In this document: in pieces, positions 17,884 through 27,938 of the stretch | How positions within the stretch are numbered: position 1 is the first letter of the stretch | Layout: every line of letters begins with the position of its first letter | Origin: Sandaracinaceae bacterium | Lineage (GTDB): Bacteria > Myxococcota_A > Polyangia > Polyangiales > Sandaracinaceae | Reading direction: 5' to 3' | Length of the DNA: 64,000 nt | Assembly: GCA_044220955.1 (NCBI GenBank) | Contig: JBGAQA010000002.1 | Coordinates: 1 to 64,000, forward strand | Translations under genes and position numbers: made by a program | Notes under the pieces: generated by a model | The model's input: only the letters and a program-made list of their open reading frames with translations | What the model was told of the DNA's origin: nothing | Databases searched by the model: none

Positions 17884-19665
17884 ATGCGGAACGACCGTCC
17901 CACGACCGACGTCGAGCCGAGCTGCGCGTGGCGCCACGCGCTGGCGCTGCTCGCGTGTGTCGCGCTCCTCACCGCGTGCCAGAGCCCGGCCTCCGCACCT
18001 GCTGCGCCGGCGTGCGCGAGGCACGACCCGTCGACCCCGAGCCCGACCCCGCCGGGGCCGTTCACGGTGGTCCACCTCGACCCAGGCGCTCCGGCGCCGC
18101 TCCAGCTCGCGGTGCAGGCCTGCGTGGGCCTGCGCAACCGCGACGTGGGCGGCTCGGTGTACGTCGAGTCGGACCCGCACGACGCGGGGTGGCTGACCGA
18201 GCTCGGCCTCTCGCCCGAGTCGGAGCTCGACGCCGCGGCCTTCCTCGCCTCGTGCCTCACCTCCTACCCGGCGTGCGTCCGCTACGACTACGCGAGCCAG
18301 CAGAGGCTGCTGCCCAACATCCTGACGGTCGGGGCCGTGCTCGGCGCGATCCCGGTGGACGCGAGCCTGACGGTCACGTGCGGCAGCACCGCGTTCGATG
18401 CGACCGTGGAGCTGCGCGACCGGAGCACGCCGGAGCTCGCGACCCGGTACGTGTTCGACACGTACGGTGCGCAGACGACGGGCCTCGCGATGCTCGACCC
18501 CGGCTACGACCCGCACCCGGCCGAGCCCGCGAGCCCGGCCATCACGCGGGACATGAGCGGCAACCTCGTCGACTTCGTGTTCGCCCGGCGGCTCTTCGTG
18601 GTGTTCCTGATCAACGGCTGCATCCACGGCAACCCCGAGCAGGCGTTGCTCGACGCGATCGTCAACGCGGGCCGCTGGGACACGCCGCTCGGCGTGTACG
18701 GCTACAACGACTCGTGGAACGTCGCCGGCGGCGACCTGTACGAGGCGCAGACGCGCTGCCTCGACTCGCGCAACATGGGAGCCATCGCGAGCGAGACGAG
18801 CAACCTCTCGTTCTTCTCGACGCGCACGCCGGCGATCACGGAGTCGGACGTGGTCACAGAGAACGTGCTCGAGCAGGTCCGCTACGATCCGAGCCACACC
18901 TACGTCGCGTTCGTCGTCGGCGACGGCGACAACATCGCCTACATGATGCACGCGCGTCACGACTGGTTCGAGCAGCGCGTGGCGACCTGCGTGTCGGGCA
19001 GCGGCCCGTGTCCACCGCTGACGTGGACCGTCTCGCCGCACCTGACGCGGCTCGCCCCCGAGCTGCTCCGCTGGTACTACGACCAGAGCCACCGGACGGG
19101 CCACGACTACTTCGCGCTGCCGCCGAGCGGCCACCTGTATGCCTACCCGTCGTCCCTCGCGGCGGACTCCCAGGCCCGCTTCGTGACCGCGACGGAGCAA
19201 GACGCGTGCATCCTCGGCATCTCCGGCACCGTCCACTGGGACTGGACCGGGACGTGGCACGTCGCGGAGGACACCTTCCTGCCGAGGTACGCCAGAGCGG
19301 GCGGGCCGGTGCGCGGCGTGTTCCCGGTCAACGTGCCCTACCTGATCGAGACCTTCCCCTGGTGGCCCGACGACCGGTTCTTCGAGATCCTCACGGGCGA
19401 GGGCGGTGGCCGGCTCGCTCTGTTCCGTCCGCGGGAGTGGCGCGGCGTGAACGACGACACGAGCCCGTTCTTCCTGAGCCCGGGCGCGATGGCGGACGAG
19501 ATCGCCGGCTACCCGCGAGGGACGGTCACCTGGGTCTACATGACGAGCGACGGAGGCCTGACGCTCGACAACTCCTTCCTCGCGCTCTCGCAGCTGCTGC
19601 CCCCGCACGTCGAGCTCGTGAGCACCGACACCGCGGCCGCGCTGGCGCTCGCCAGCGGGCGGTGA
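17884..19665 (+). CDS. GxGYxYP-family putative glycoside hydrolase lipoprotein
   Basis: LLTAC lipobox; FVVGDGDNIAY, LTWTVSP, PSGHLYAYP motifs. Confidence 0.65.
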   Translation: MRNDRPTTDVEPSCAWRHALALLACVALLTACQSPASAPAAPACARHDPSTPSPTPPGPFTVVHLDPGAPAPLQLAVQACVGLRNRDVGGSVYVESDPHDAGWLTELGLSPESELDAAAFLASCLTSYPACVRYDYASQQRLLPNILTVGAVLGAIPVDASLTVTCGSTAFDATVELRDRSTPELATRYVFDTYGAQTTGLAMLDPGYDPHPAEPASPAITRDMSGNLVDFVFARRLFVVFLINGCIHGNPEQALLDAIVNAGRWDTPLGVYGYNDSWNVAGGDLYEAQTRCLDSRNMGAIASETSNLSFFSTRTPAITESDVVTENVLEQVRYDPSHTYVAFVVGDGDNIAYMMHARHDWFEQRVATCVSGSGPCPPLTWTVSPHLTRLAPELLRWYYDQSHRTGHDYFALPPSGHLYAYPSSLAADSQARFVTATEQDACILGISGTVHWDWTGTWHVAEDTFLPRYARAGGPVRGVFPVNVPYLIETFPWWPDDRFFEILTGEGGGRLALFRPREWRGVNDDTSPFFLSPGAMADEIAGYPRGTVTWVYMTSDGGLTLDNSFLALSQLLPPHVELVSTDTAAALALASGR

Positions 19666-19755
19666 TCGATCTGCGTCGAAGCGGCGGAGGCGGCATCGTG
19701 CGCTCGGCGCAGCTGCCGCGTCGGCCGATCGGCCGGTTCTCGCGGGCTCGCGCGC

Positions 19756-19784
19756 TTGACTCGATCGCGTTCGGACCCTAGAAC
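19756..19784 (+). promoter_or_regulatory. Sigma70-type promoter of the FAAL-ACP operon
   Basis: TTGACT-N17-TAGAAC, 14 nt before ATG 19799. Confidence 0.6.
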
Positions 19785-19798
19785 CGCGCGCTTTCCGC

Positions 19799-21478
19799 AT
19801 GGCCGAGTACCCGTCAACGTTGGTGGAGGCGCTCGACCGTCTACCGGGCGGAGAGGCGCGGGGCTTCCGGTTCGTCACGACGGATCGGGAAGAGAGGTAC
19901 TACCCCTACGAGGCGATGCGCGCCGAGGCGCACCGGCGCGCGGCGTTCCTCGCGGCGGCGGGGATGAAGAAGGGCGACACCGTCGCGCTCGTCTGCCCCG
20001 AGAACCACGAGTTCGTCCTCACCTTCCTCGGCGCCTCGGTCGGCGGCTTCGTGCCGGTGCCGATCTTCCCGGGCGCGACGTTCAAGGTCACCGACCACTA
20101 CGTCGAGACGATCGACCACATCATGGCGGCGGCGCGCGCGCGCGTGATCGTGTGCGTGCAGAAGAACCTCGAGATCATCGAGAAGGTCAAGGAGCGGCGG
20201 CCCGACGCGATCGTCGTCGTCGCCGACCGCGACTTCGCCGGACAGGCGCCGCCCTTCTCGGCGCCCGTCGTCACGCCGGACGATCTCTGCTTCCTGCAGT
20301 TCACCTCGGGCAGCACGAGCAAGCCCAAGGGCGTGATGATCCGCCACCGGAACCTCGTGGCGAACACGACGGCGTTCCTCGGGCCGGCCGGCCTGAACCG
20401 CGTGCCAGAGGACGTCGGCGTCTCGTGGCTGCCGCTCTTCCACGACATGGGCCTCATCGGCTTCGTGCTCGGCACGCTGATCGTCGATCTGCCCGTCGTG
20501 CTCATGCCCACGCCGATGTTCGCGCGCGCTCCGCGCCTCTGGCTCGAGCTGATCACCAAGCACCGCGGCACGATCACCTACGCGCCCAACTTCGCCTACC
20601 AGCTCATCACCAAGCGCGTCAGCGACAAGGATCTCTCCACGCTCGACCTGAGCACGCTGAGGGTCGCGGGCTGCGGCGCCGAGCCGATCCGAGCGCGGAC
20701 GCTGATCGAGTTCGGCGAGAAGTTCTCCCGCTGCGGCTTCGATCCCAAGGCGCTCCTGCCGAGCTACGGCATGGCCGAGAGCTGCCTCGCGATCACCTTC
20801 CACCGGCGCGGCACGCCGATGGTCGTCGACCGCGTCGACCCCGCGCAGATGAAGCTCGGCAAGGCCGTGGCATCGACCGCGCCCGACGCCCTCGAGCTCG
20901 TCGGCTGCGGGATCCCCTTCCCGGGCCACGCGATCCGGATCGCCGGCGAGAACGGCGAGGCGCTCGGCGAGCGCGAGGTCGGCGAGATCTGGAGCCGCGG
21001 CCCCAGCGTGAACGACGGCTACTACGAGAACGCCGAGGCCACGGCCGAGTCCTTCGCGGGCGGCTGGCTCAAGAGCGGCGACCTCGGCTACTTCACGGGG
21101 AGCTCGCCCGAGACGGGCGAGCTCTTCATCTGCGGCCGCAAGAAGGACCTCATCATCGTCAACGGCGCGAACCACTACCCGCAGGACATCGAGTGGGTCG
21201 TGGGCGACATCGAGGGCGTGCGCCGCGGCAACGTGGTCGCCTTCTCGACGATGAAGGACGGAATCGAGCAGCTCGTGATCGCCGCCGAGGGCAACTCGGG
21301 CGACGCGCCGCGGCTGCGCGACGAGATCACCAAGAAGGTGAGCGAGAACTTCGGCCTGACGCCGTCGAGCGTGTCGATCTGCCCGGTCGGCGCGCTCCCC
21401 AAGACGTCGAGCGGCAAGGCGCAGCGGCGCAAGACGAAGTCGATGTGGGAGTCCGGTGAGCTGGACTCCCACGCCTGA
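19799..21478 (+). CDS. Fatty acyl-AMP ligase (FAAL)
   Basis: FLQFTSGSTSKPKGV, SWLPLFHDMGLIG, SYGMAE, SGDLG, GRKKDLIIVNGANHYPQDIE, PKTSSGK. Confidence 0.9.
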   Translation: MAEYPSTLVEALDRLPGGEARGFRFVTTDREERYYPYEAMRAEAHRRAAFLAAAGMKKGDTVALVCPENHEFVLTFLGASVGGFVPVPIFPGATFKVTDHYVETIDHIMAAARARVIVCVQKNLEIIEKVKERRPDAIVVVADRDFAGQAPPFSAPVVTPDDLCFLQFTSGSTSKPKGVMIRHRNLVANTTAFLGPAGLNRVPEDVGVSWLPLFHDMGLIGFVLGTLIVDLPVVLMPTPMFARAPRLWLELITKHRGTITYAPNFAYQLITKRVSDKDLSTLDLSTLRVAGCGAEPIRARTLIEFGEKFSRCGFDPKALLPSYGMAESCLAITFHRRGTPMVVDRVDPAQMKLGKAVASTAPDALELVGCGIPFPGHAIRIAGENGEALGEREVGEIWSRGPSVNDGYYENAEATAESFAGGWLKSGDLGYFTGSSPETGELFICGRKKDLIIVNGANHYPQDIEWVVGDIEGVRRGNVVAFSTMKDGIEQLVIAAEGNSGDAPRLRDEITKKVSENFGLTPSSVSICPVGALPKTSSGKAQRRKTKSMWESGELDSHA

Positions 21479-21506
21479 AGTTCACGGTTGAGATGGAGAA
21501 ACGACG

Positions 21507-21752
21507 ATGACCCGGCCCGAGCTGATTCAGATCTTCCAGAAGATGGCGAGCGAGATCGCGGAGAAGGACTTCTCCGGCGTGAAGGAAGAGGCGACCATCG
21601 CCTCGCTCGGCATCGACTCGCTCGGCATGCTCGAGCTCGTCGGCGAGATGGAGCGCCAGCTCGGCGTGCAGATCCCCGACGAGCAGCTCGTCGGCATCCA
21701 GTCGGTCAAGCAGCTCCTCGACCTGGTCGAGAAGCGCGCGCAGATGAAGTGA
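21507..21752 (+). CDS. Acyl carrier protein 1
   Basis: LGIDSLGMLEL phosphopantetheine motif; 81 aa, acidic. Confidence 0.9.
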   Translation: MTRPELIQIFQKMASEIAEKDFSGVKEEATIASLGIDSLGMLELVGEMERQLGVQIPDEQLVGIQSVKQLLDLVEKRAQMK

Positions 21753-21759
21753 GGACCCC

Positions 21760-22002
21760 ATGAGCGACCAGGATCTCAAGGAGAAGCTGCGCGCGATCAT
21801 CGCCGAGGTGAGCGAGGTCGACGAGATCCCGGACGAGACGCCGTTCAAGGACCTCGGCATCGACTCCATGATGGCGATCGAGATCGTCGCGGAGATCGAG
21901 CGCACCTACAAGATGTCGGTCCCCGAGGACGACCTGAAGAAGCTGACGAACTTCACGGCGGTCTACACGCTCGTGAAGGACAAGCTCGGAGCCGCGGCCT
22001 GA
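21760..22002 (+). CDS. Acyl carrier protein 2
   Basis: LGIDSMMAIEI motif; GAGGA RBS. Confidence 0.9.
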   Translation: MSDQDLKEKLRAIIAEVSEVDEIPDETPFKDLGIDSMMAIEIVAEIERTYKMSVPEDDLKKLTNFTAVYTLVKDKLGAAA

Positions 22003-22022
22003 AGCTGCCGGCCCTCGCGGCG

Positions 22023-22721
22023 TTGCTCCTGTGCGCCGGGTGCTCCTGCGGCGCGCCGCGCACGGCGATCCCCGAGGCCAGCGCCCAGCGCTTCACGACG
22101 CCGCCCACGCTCGACGGCGATCTCGGCGAGTGGGCCAGGATCCCGCGCACCGAGGCGTTCGTCGACACGATGAGCGGCGCGCCGGGCGACCCCGAGGCGT
22201 TCGCGCGCTTCGGCTGGGACGCGCAGTACCTCTACGTCGCGTTCGAGATCGCCGACCGGCTGATCGTGTCGCACGGCGAGCGCCAGGACGACCACCTCTG
22301 GGAAGAGGACTGCGCCGAGCTGATGATCGACCCCGACGGCGACGGCCTCGCGTACGCGGAGCTGCAGGTCTCGCCCACGGGGGTCGTGTTCGACACCTGG
22401 TTCGACTCGCGCAGACAGCCGCAGCCCTTCGGGCACGTCGCGTGGTCGAGCGGCCTGACGGCCGAGGTCGCGCTGCGCGGCGAGGCGAGCGATCACGACC
22501 CCGACGAGGGCTACACGGTCGAGCTCCGCATCCCGTGGAGCGCGCTCGCCATCGGCCCGCACCCGATCGGGGAGGCGCCGCACGCGGGCGACACGTGGCG
22601 CGTCGCGCTCTACGCGCTCGACGTGCGCGAGGACGGTCAGTGGGGCGCAGGCTGGTCGCCGCCGCTCGAGGGCGACTTCCACGTCCCGGCGCGCTTCGGC
22701 CGCGTCACGTTCCGCGAGTGA
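22023..22721 (+). CDS. CBM9-like/DOMON-type sugar-binding protein
   Basis: PTLDGDLGEW, WDAQYLYVAF, WEEDCAELMID, YTVELRIPW; start uncertain. Confidence 0.75.
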   Translation: MLLCAGCSCGAPRTAIPEASAQRFTTPPTLDGDLGEWARIPRTEAFVDTMSGAPGDPEAFARFGWDAQYLYVAFEIADRLIVSHGERQDDHLWEEDCAELMIDPDGDGLAYAELQVSPTGVVFDTWFDSRRQPQPFGHVAWSSGLTAEVALRGEASDHDPDEGYTVELRIPWSALAIGPHPIGEAPHAGDTWRVALYALDVREDGQWGAGWSPPLEGDFHVPARFGRVTFRE

Positions 22722-23677
22722 AGCGCCAGCGCGATCATCGCGAGCGCGGCCAGGCTCCCGGCGCCGGACGCGGGCGCGCCCGCACGGCACGCGCAGCTCG
22801 AGCCGCCGCCGCCTGCCGCAGGACCGGCGTCGCGGCCGCCGCCGTCGAGCGCGGTCGACGCATCGACGGAGCCGGCGTCGAGCCCGCCGCCGTCGACGGG
22901 GCCGGCGTCCGCGTGCGCCATCGGCGCGATCGAGAGGCGGATGCCCCAGTCGCCCCGCACCCCCGCGCCCTCGTTCCATAGCCAGCCGGCGCCGTTCGCG
23001 TAGAGGAAGCTCCGGTGGTTGGCCACGACGCCGTCGTCGTCGCGCAGCGGGAAGCCCACGGGCGCGCTCGTCGCGGGCGTGCACGTCGAGCTGTTGCCGC
23101 CGTCGCCGAGGCCGACGACCGCGCGCAGGTACGTGTAGCCGTGCGCCCCGTCGGCGACCGGCGCCGGCATCGTCGCGTCGCCGAGCATCAGCGTGTTCAG
23201 CATCAGGTTGAAGTCCGAGCCGCCGTCGGTCGTCGGCACGCTCATCGTCACCGGGACGTCGTCGAGGGTGATCAGCAGATCCTCGCCGGGCCACGCCGTG
23301 CCGAGCACCGGCAGCGCGTGGATGTCGTTCACGTCGGGCAGCGTGTTGCCCGCCCAGAGCTCGAAGTGGACGAGCGTCTCGGGGTCGACCGGCGTCGCGA
23401 GCCCGTGGCAGACCGCCGGGGTTCCGGTGACCTCGGCGGCGCCGAGCGCGAGCGACACGCTCTGCACCGTGAGCGGGAAGTCCGCCGGCGAGAGGCCGCG
23501 CGAGCCGCCGAGCGAGGTGAAGAGCACGCCGTACGCCTCCATGGCGCAGAACCCGCACGTCACCGCGACGGGCGAGGACATGCTCATCGTGTCCTGCGCG
23601 AGCGTGCGCTGTGCCGAGACGGGGGCGGTGAGCGAGCTGACCGAGATGAGCAGGACGACGGCGAGCGAGAGCCTCAT
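22637..23677 (-). CDS. Secreted protein with MYXO-CTERM-type sorting tail
   Basis: Signal peptide MRLSLAVVLL; DAG linker then GGSSCACRAG + hydrophobic helix + basic residues. Confidence 0.75.
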   Translation of the reverse strand: MRLSLAVVLLISVSSLTAPVSAQRTLAQDTMSMSSPVAVTCGFCAMEAYGVLFTSLGGSRGLSPADFPLTVQSVSLALGAAEVTGTPAVCHGLATPVDPETLVHFELWAGNTLPDVNDIHALPVLGTAWPGEDLLITLDDVPVTMSVPTTDGGSDFNLMLNTLMLGDATMPAPVADGAHGYTYLRAVVGLGDGGNSSTCTPATSAPVGFPLRDDDGVVANHRSFLYANGAGWLWNEGAGVRGDWGIRLSIAPMAHADAGPVDGGGLDAGSVDASTALDGGGRDAGPAAGGGGSSCACRAGAPASGAGSLAALAMIALALHSRNVTRPKRAGTWKSPSSGGDQPAPH

Positions 23678-23739
23678 GGAGACAGGATACACGGCGTGCC
23701 TTCGTTGTTCGCGCGCTCGGGGCCGCGTACCATCCGAGG

Positions 23740-24825
23740 GTGATCGGAGGTCGCTCGCATCGCCTCCTCGCCGCGCTGCTGGGGAGCGCGCTCCTCGGCT
23801 GCAGCGCGCCGGTCCCGGGCCTCGGCGTCGAGCTGCGCACCGACCTCGTGCCGGGCCGCGAATTCGTGTCGGTGCACGTCCGCGTCTCGTTCGCGGGCCT
23901 GCCGTCCCAGACGTTCACGACGCCCGTGACCGGGACGAGCGCCACCCTCGACGGACTGCGCGTCGCCGAGACGAACCGCCTCGGCAGCGGCGACGCCACC
24001 GTGGTGGTCTCGCTGGTGGCTGCCGACGGGACGATCGCGCTCGGGCGCAACGTCGCCGTCACGCCGGGCGCCGGCTGGTCGCTCGTGGTCGTCTCGCTCC
24101 AGCGCAGCTGCGGAGGCGTCACGTGCCCCGGGAGCGGTGACGATCCCGCGTGGACCGAGTGCCACGGCGGACGCTGCGTCCACCCGCGCTGCACCGACGG
24201 GGATCCGACGTACTGCGGGACGCCCGACTGCGCGGACGACGCCGACTGCGCGCTGCCCGGGACGTGTGCCGCGACCCGGTGCGCGGGCGGAGCGTGCCTG
24301 ACGGCGCCTGACGACGCGCGCTGCAGCGCGGGCGCCACGTGCGGCCCGACGCTCACGTGCGCGGCGAGCCCCGTGGACGCCGGGCGGATCTCCGACGCCG
24401 GTCCGTCGGACGCGGGACCGTCGGACGCGGGGGCGTCCGGCTGCGCGCCGGGCGCCGACGAGTCCCAGCCCTGCGGCAACTGCGGCGCCTCGCACCGCAC
24501 CTGCCAGGCCGATCGCACCTGGAGCTCGTGGGGCGCCTGCACGGGCGAGGGCTGTCACCCGGGCGACGTCAACACCTCCGCCTGCGGCGAGGGCTGCAAC
24601 ACGCACTCGCAGACCTGCCAGAGCGACTGCTCCTGGTCGGCGTACGGCGCGTGCACGGGCGGCGACCAGTGCCCCTGCACCACGTGCCGGCGCTGCCTCG
24701 ACTCGCTCACGTACGACCAGTGCCACCTCGCGGCGTCCGGGTGCCTCGAGTGGGAAGGGAGCGCGTACACGTGCCTCTCGTTCCCCGGCACGACGTGCTC
24801 GGGCGGCTTCTGCGTCGGGCCCTGA
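23740..24825 (+). CDS. Cys-rich lipoprotein
   Basis: ALLGC lipobox; CGNCG...WSSWGAC repeats. Confidence 0.78.
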   Translation: MIGGRSHRLLAALLGSALLGCSAPVPGLGVELRTDLVPGREFVSVHVRVSFAGLPSQTFTTPVTGTSATLDGLRVAETNRLGSGDATVVVSLVAADGTIALGRNVAVTPGAGWSLVVVSLQRSCGGVTCPGSGDDPAWTECHGGRCVHPRCTDGDPTYCGTPDCADDADCALPGTCAATRCAGGACLTAPDDARCSAGATCGPTLTCAASPVDAGRISDAGPSDAGPSDAGASGCAPGADESQPCGNCGASHRTCQADRTWSSWGACTGEGCHPGDVNTSACGEGCNTHSQTCQSDCSWSAYGACTGGDQCPCTTCRRCLDSLTYDQCHLAASGCLEWEGSAYTCLSFPGTTCSGGFCVGP

Positions 24826-24868
24826 CGTCGACCGGGCCGCGAGGCGCGGCGAGCCGAGCCGCCGCGCG

Positions 24869-25375
24869 TCAGCGCGTCTTCGCGAACGAGGCGGCCGAGA
24901 GGTGCGTGATCGCGATCGCGAGCGCGTCGGAGGCGTCGGCCGGCAGCGGTGCGCGCAGCCCGAGCGTCGCGGCGACGATCCGCCCGATCTGCGCCTTGTC
25001 CGCGGCACCGCGTCCGGCGACCGTGCGCTTCACGAGGGCGGGCGCGTACTCCGCGATGGCGAGTCCTCGGCGCTCGGCGACGAGCAGCGCGACGCCGCGC
25101 ACGTGCGCCAGCTGGATCGCGGCGGCCGCGAAGCGCGCGTAGAACACGCCCTCGACCGCGACGACGCCCGGCCCGTGATCCTCGAGCAGCGCCTCGATCG
25201 CGCTCTCGGCCGCGACCAGCCGCGACGGAAGGGGATCGCGCGGGGAGAGCGCCACGACCCCGGCCGCGATCGCGACGAGCTTGCTGCCGCGGCGCTCGAC
25301 GATCCCCCAGCCGAGCTTGCGCGTGCCGGGATCGATCCCCAGGACGCGGACGGCCTCGGTGGCGACGCGGATCAC
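24869..25375 (-). CDS. ruvC: Holliday junction resolvase RuvC
   Basis: VLGIDPG...GWG, VAVE, GRGAADKAQ, DASDALAIAITH. Confidence 0.95.
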   Translation of the reverse strand: MIRVATEAVRVLGIDPGTRKLGWGIVERRGSKLVAIAAGVVALSPRDPLPSRLVAAESAIEALLEDHGPGVVAVEGVFYARFAAAAIQLAHVRGVALLVAERRGLAIAEYAPALVKRTVAGRGAADKAQIGRIVAATLGLRAPLPADASDALAIAITHLSAASFAKTR

Positions 25376-25402
25376 GGCCGCGACCCTACCAGAGCGGCGC
25401 GC

Positions 25403-26101
25403 TCAACGAATCTCGACGACGTCGGCGAGCGTCGGGCGCGCGGCGTCCGCGAGATCGAAGACGCGCATCTCGCCGGCGCGCAGATCGACGAGCGTCGTGC
25501 AGGGCCCCTTGTCGCGCTTGAGGGTGCCGGGGTTGAGGATCGTGACGCCGTCGAGCGCGCGCACCATCACGTCGTGCGTGTGGCCCGCCGCCATGAACCG
25601 GAAGCGGGAGGCGCGCCGGACGCGCGTCCAGGCGCTCATCTCTCGCACCTCGTCGTCGTGCGTGTGGGCCTTGATGACCGAGAAGTCGTCGTCGCCGACG
25701 GCGTGGCAGAGCAGGAGCGGGCCACGGACGGTCGCCACCTCGATCACGCGCGGCATGCGAGCGATCGACTCTTCCGCCTCCGGGTGCTCGCCGCGGAGCT
25801 GCACCGGCAGGAGCGTGCGCATCGCGCCCTCGAGGAACCAGCGGTCGTGGTTGCCGCGCACGACGATCACCCGCTCGCGCGCCAGGATCTCGACGGTCCG
25901 CGTCAGATCGCCGTGGCCGTCCGCGACGTCGCCCACGCAGAGCAGCGCCTCGGCGCCCTCGCGACGCGCGAGCGCGATCGCGGTCTCGAGCCGCTCGTCC
26001 TCGGCGTGGACGTCGCCGATGAGCGCGAAGCGAGCGAGCGGCGCCTCGGGCGATCCGGGGCCCGTCGCGATGCGGCGGAGCGCGTCGAGCAGCGACGACA
26101 C
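25403..26101 (-). CDS. Calcineurin-like metallophosphoesterase
   Basis: GDVHA, CVGDV, RGNHD, CHA, GHTH, NPG motifs. Confidence 0.88.
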   Translation of the reverse strand: MSSLLDALRRIATGPGSPEAPLARFALIGDVHAEDERLETAIALARREGAEALLCVGDVADGHGDLTRTVEILARERVIVVRGNHDRWFLEGAMRTLLPVQLRGEHPEAEESIARMPRVIEVATVRGPLLLCHAVGDDDFSVIKAHTHDDEVREMSAWTRVRRASRFRFMAAGHTHDVMVRALDGVTILNPGTLKRDKGPCTTLVDLRAGEMRVFDLADAARPTLADVVEIR

Positions 26102-26206
26102 CCCGCGCAGGATGCGCCAGGGCGAGCCCGGGCGCACACGGAAGAGTCGCGCCTCGAGCGCGCGGGCGCGGTGGCGGCGACGCTCGGGCAGTGCAGACTG
26201 CACGCG

Positions 26207-27892
26207 ATGGCGCAGGACGTCCCGGCGGCTCACGAGAGCACCGTGCTGAGCGCGGGCGGGACGTCGGCGCGCGTCCCGGCGCAGACGACCTCCCTCACGC
26301 CGGGCGATCTCATCGGCGAGCGCTACCGCGTCGTCGAGCTGCTCGGCGCGGGCGCACAGGGCGAGGTGTGGCGCGCCGACGACGTCGAGATCGAGGGCCA
26401 CGTCGTCGCGCTGAAGATCCTCGCGTACCGCGCGGCCTCCCCCGAGGGACGCGAGCAGGCGCTGCGCGAGCTGCGCATGCTCGCCGCGATCAACCACCCC
26501 TCGGTGGTGCAGTTCAAGGGGCACGGCTGGCTCGGCGGACGGCTCTGGTTCGCCATGCCCTGGTACGAGGGACGTGACCTCGAGAGCACCATGCCGCTCG
26601 ACCGCGCCGAGGCGCGCCGCGTGTTCGAGACGCTGGCGGGCGGCCTCGCGGCCGTGCACGCGAAGGGCCTGCGGCACCAGGACATCAAGCCCTCGAACAT
26701 CTTCCTCGCCAAGGTCGCGGGCCTCGAGCAGACCCTGCCGGTGCTGCTCGACTTCGGCGTCGCCGCGAAGGAGGGCGAGCAGCTCGTCGCCGGCTCGCCC
26801 GACTACTTCGCGCCCGAGCTCGCCGCGGGCTGGCCCACGACGGCGAACCTCGGGCCGGCCGCCGACGTGTTCTCCCTCGCGCTCGCGCTGCGCAACGTCC
26901 TCGAGCCGGCGACCGCTCCGACCGTGGGCGCGTTCGATCCGGAGTCGCTGAAGGAGCGCGCGACGACGCCGATCGTGCCGCCGGCCGCCCGCGAGCTCGC
27001 GTTCCTCGCGCCGCACTTCCGCCGCTGGCTCGCGATCGATCCCGACGCGCGGCCCACGGCGCGGGAGCTGGTGGCCGAGCTCGCCGTGCTCACGGCGCCG
27101 GAGGACCGGGCGCGCGACCGGAGGCGCTTCGCGCGGCGCGCCCTGCCCTGGGCGCTCGGGATCGTCCTGGTCGCGGCGATCGGAGGGTGGCTCGCCTGGA
27201 ACGCCGTGGTCGACGCGCGCAAGACCGCGGCAGCGGAGGCGATCGCGCGAGACCTGGAGGCCGCGCGGGCCGACCAGGCGACCACGACGGCGGCCGACGC
27301 TGCGGCCCGCGCCGCCGCGTCCGGTGCGCGTGCCGAGGACGCGCTGCGACGGCTGGACGACGCCGAGGCGCAGATCGACGACGCCGAGGGCGACGCGGAG
27401 GCGATGCGACGGGCCAGAGATGCCCTGCGCGCCGCGCTGTCCGACGCCCGACGCGAGCTCGCCTCGAGCCAGTCGGCGCTCGCCGACACCGAGGCGCAGG
27501 TGCACGCGCTGAACGTGCAGCTGACCGAGGCGCAGCAGACCGTGCACACGACGCGCACGGAGCTCGACGTCACGCGGACGACCTTGGGCGGGGCGATCGG
27601 CGAGCGCGACGCCGCGCGCGCGCAGGCCGAGGCGCTGACCGCCGAGCGCGACACGGCGCGCGCGACGGCGGCGAGCGCGGAGTCGGAGCGCGACGCCGCG
27701 CGCGGCGATCTCGACGCCGAGCGCGCCGGCCGAGCCGCCGACCACGAGGCCGCCGCGGCGGCCGAGGGCGAGCTGAGGGCCCGCGTTCGCGAGCTCGAGG
27801 CGCGGGTGCAGGAGCTCGAGGCGCGCCCGAGGCCTCCGGCGGATCCCGATCCGCCGAGCGATCCACCGAGCGATCCGCCGCCCGTGCCCTGA
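26207..27892 (+). CDS. Ser/Thr kinase (non-RD) with TM helix and long C-terminal coiled coil
   Basis: GAGAQG, VALK, HQDIKPSN, DFG, FAPE; TM WALGIVLVAAIGGWLAW; Ala/Glu/Arg heptads. Confidence 0.88.
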   Translation: MAQDVPAAHESTVLSAGGTSARVPAQTTSLTPGDLIGERYRVVELLGAGAQGEVWRADDVEIEGHVVALKILAYRAASPEGREQALRELRMLAAINHPSVVQFKGHGWLGGRLWFAMPWYEGRDLESTMPLDRAEARRVFETLAGGLAAVHAKGLRHQDIKPSNIFLAKVAGLEQTLPVLLDFGVAAKEGEQLVAGSPDYFAPELAAGWPTTANLGPAADVFSLALALRNVLEPATAPTVGAFDPESLKERATTPIVPPAARELAFLAPHFRRWLAIDPDARPTARELVAELAVLTAPEDRARDRRRFARRALPWALGIVLVAAIGGWLAWNAVVDARKTAAAEAIARDLEAARADQATTTAADAAARAAASGARAEDALRRLDDAEAQIDDAEGDAEAMRRARDALRAALSDARRELASSQSALADTEAQVHALNVQLTEAQQTVHTTRTELDVTRTTLGGAIGERDAARAQAEALTAERDTARATAASAESERDAARGDLDAERAGRAADHEAAAAAEGELRARVRELEARVQELEARPRPPADPDPPSDPPSDPPPVP

Positions 27893-27938
27893 TCGCCCTC
27901 GGCCTGGCCCCGGCCTGCCCACCTGGTACGCTCGGCCC

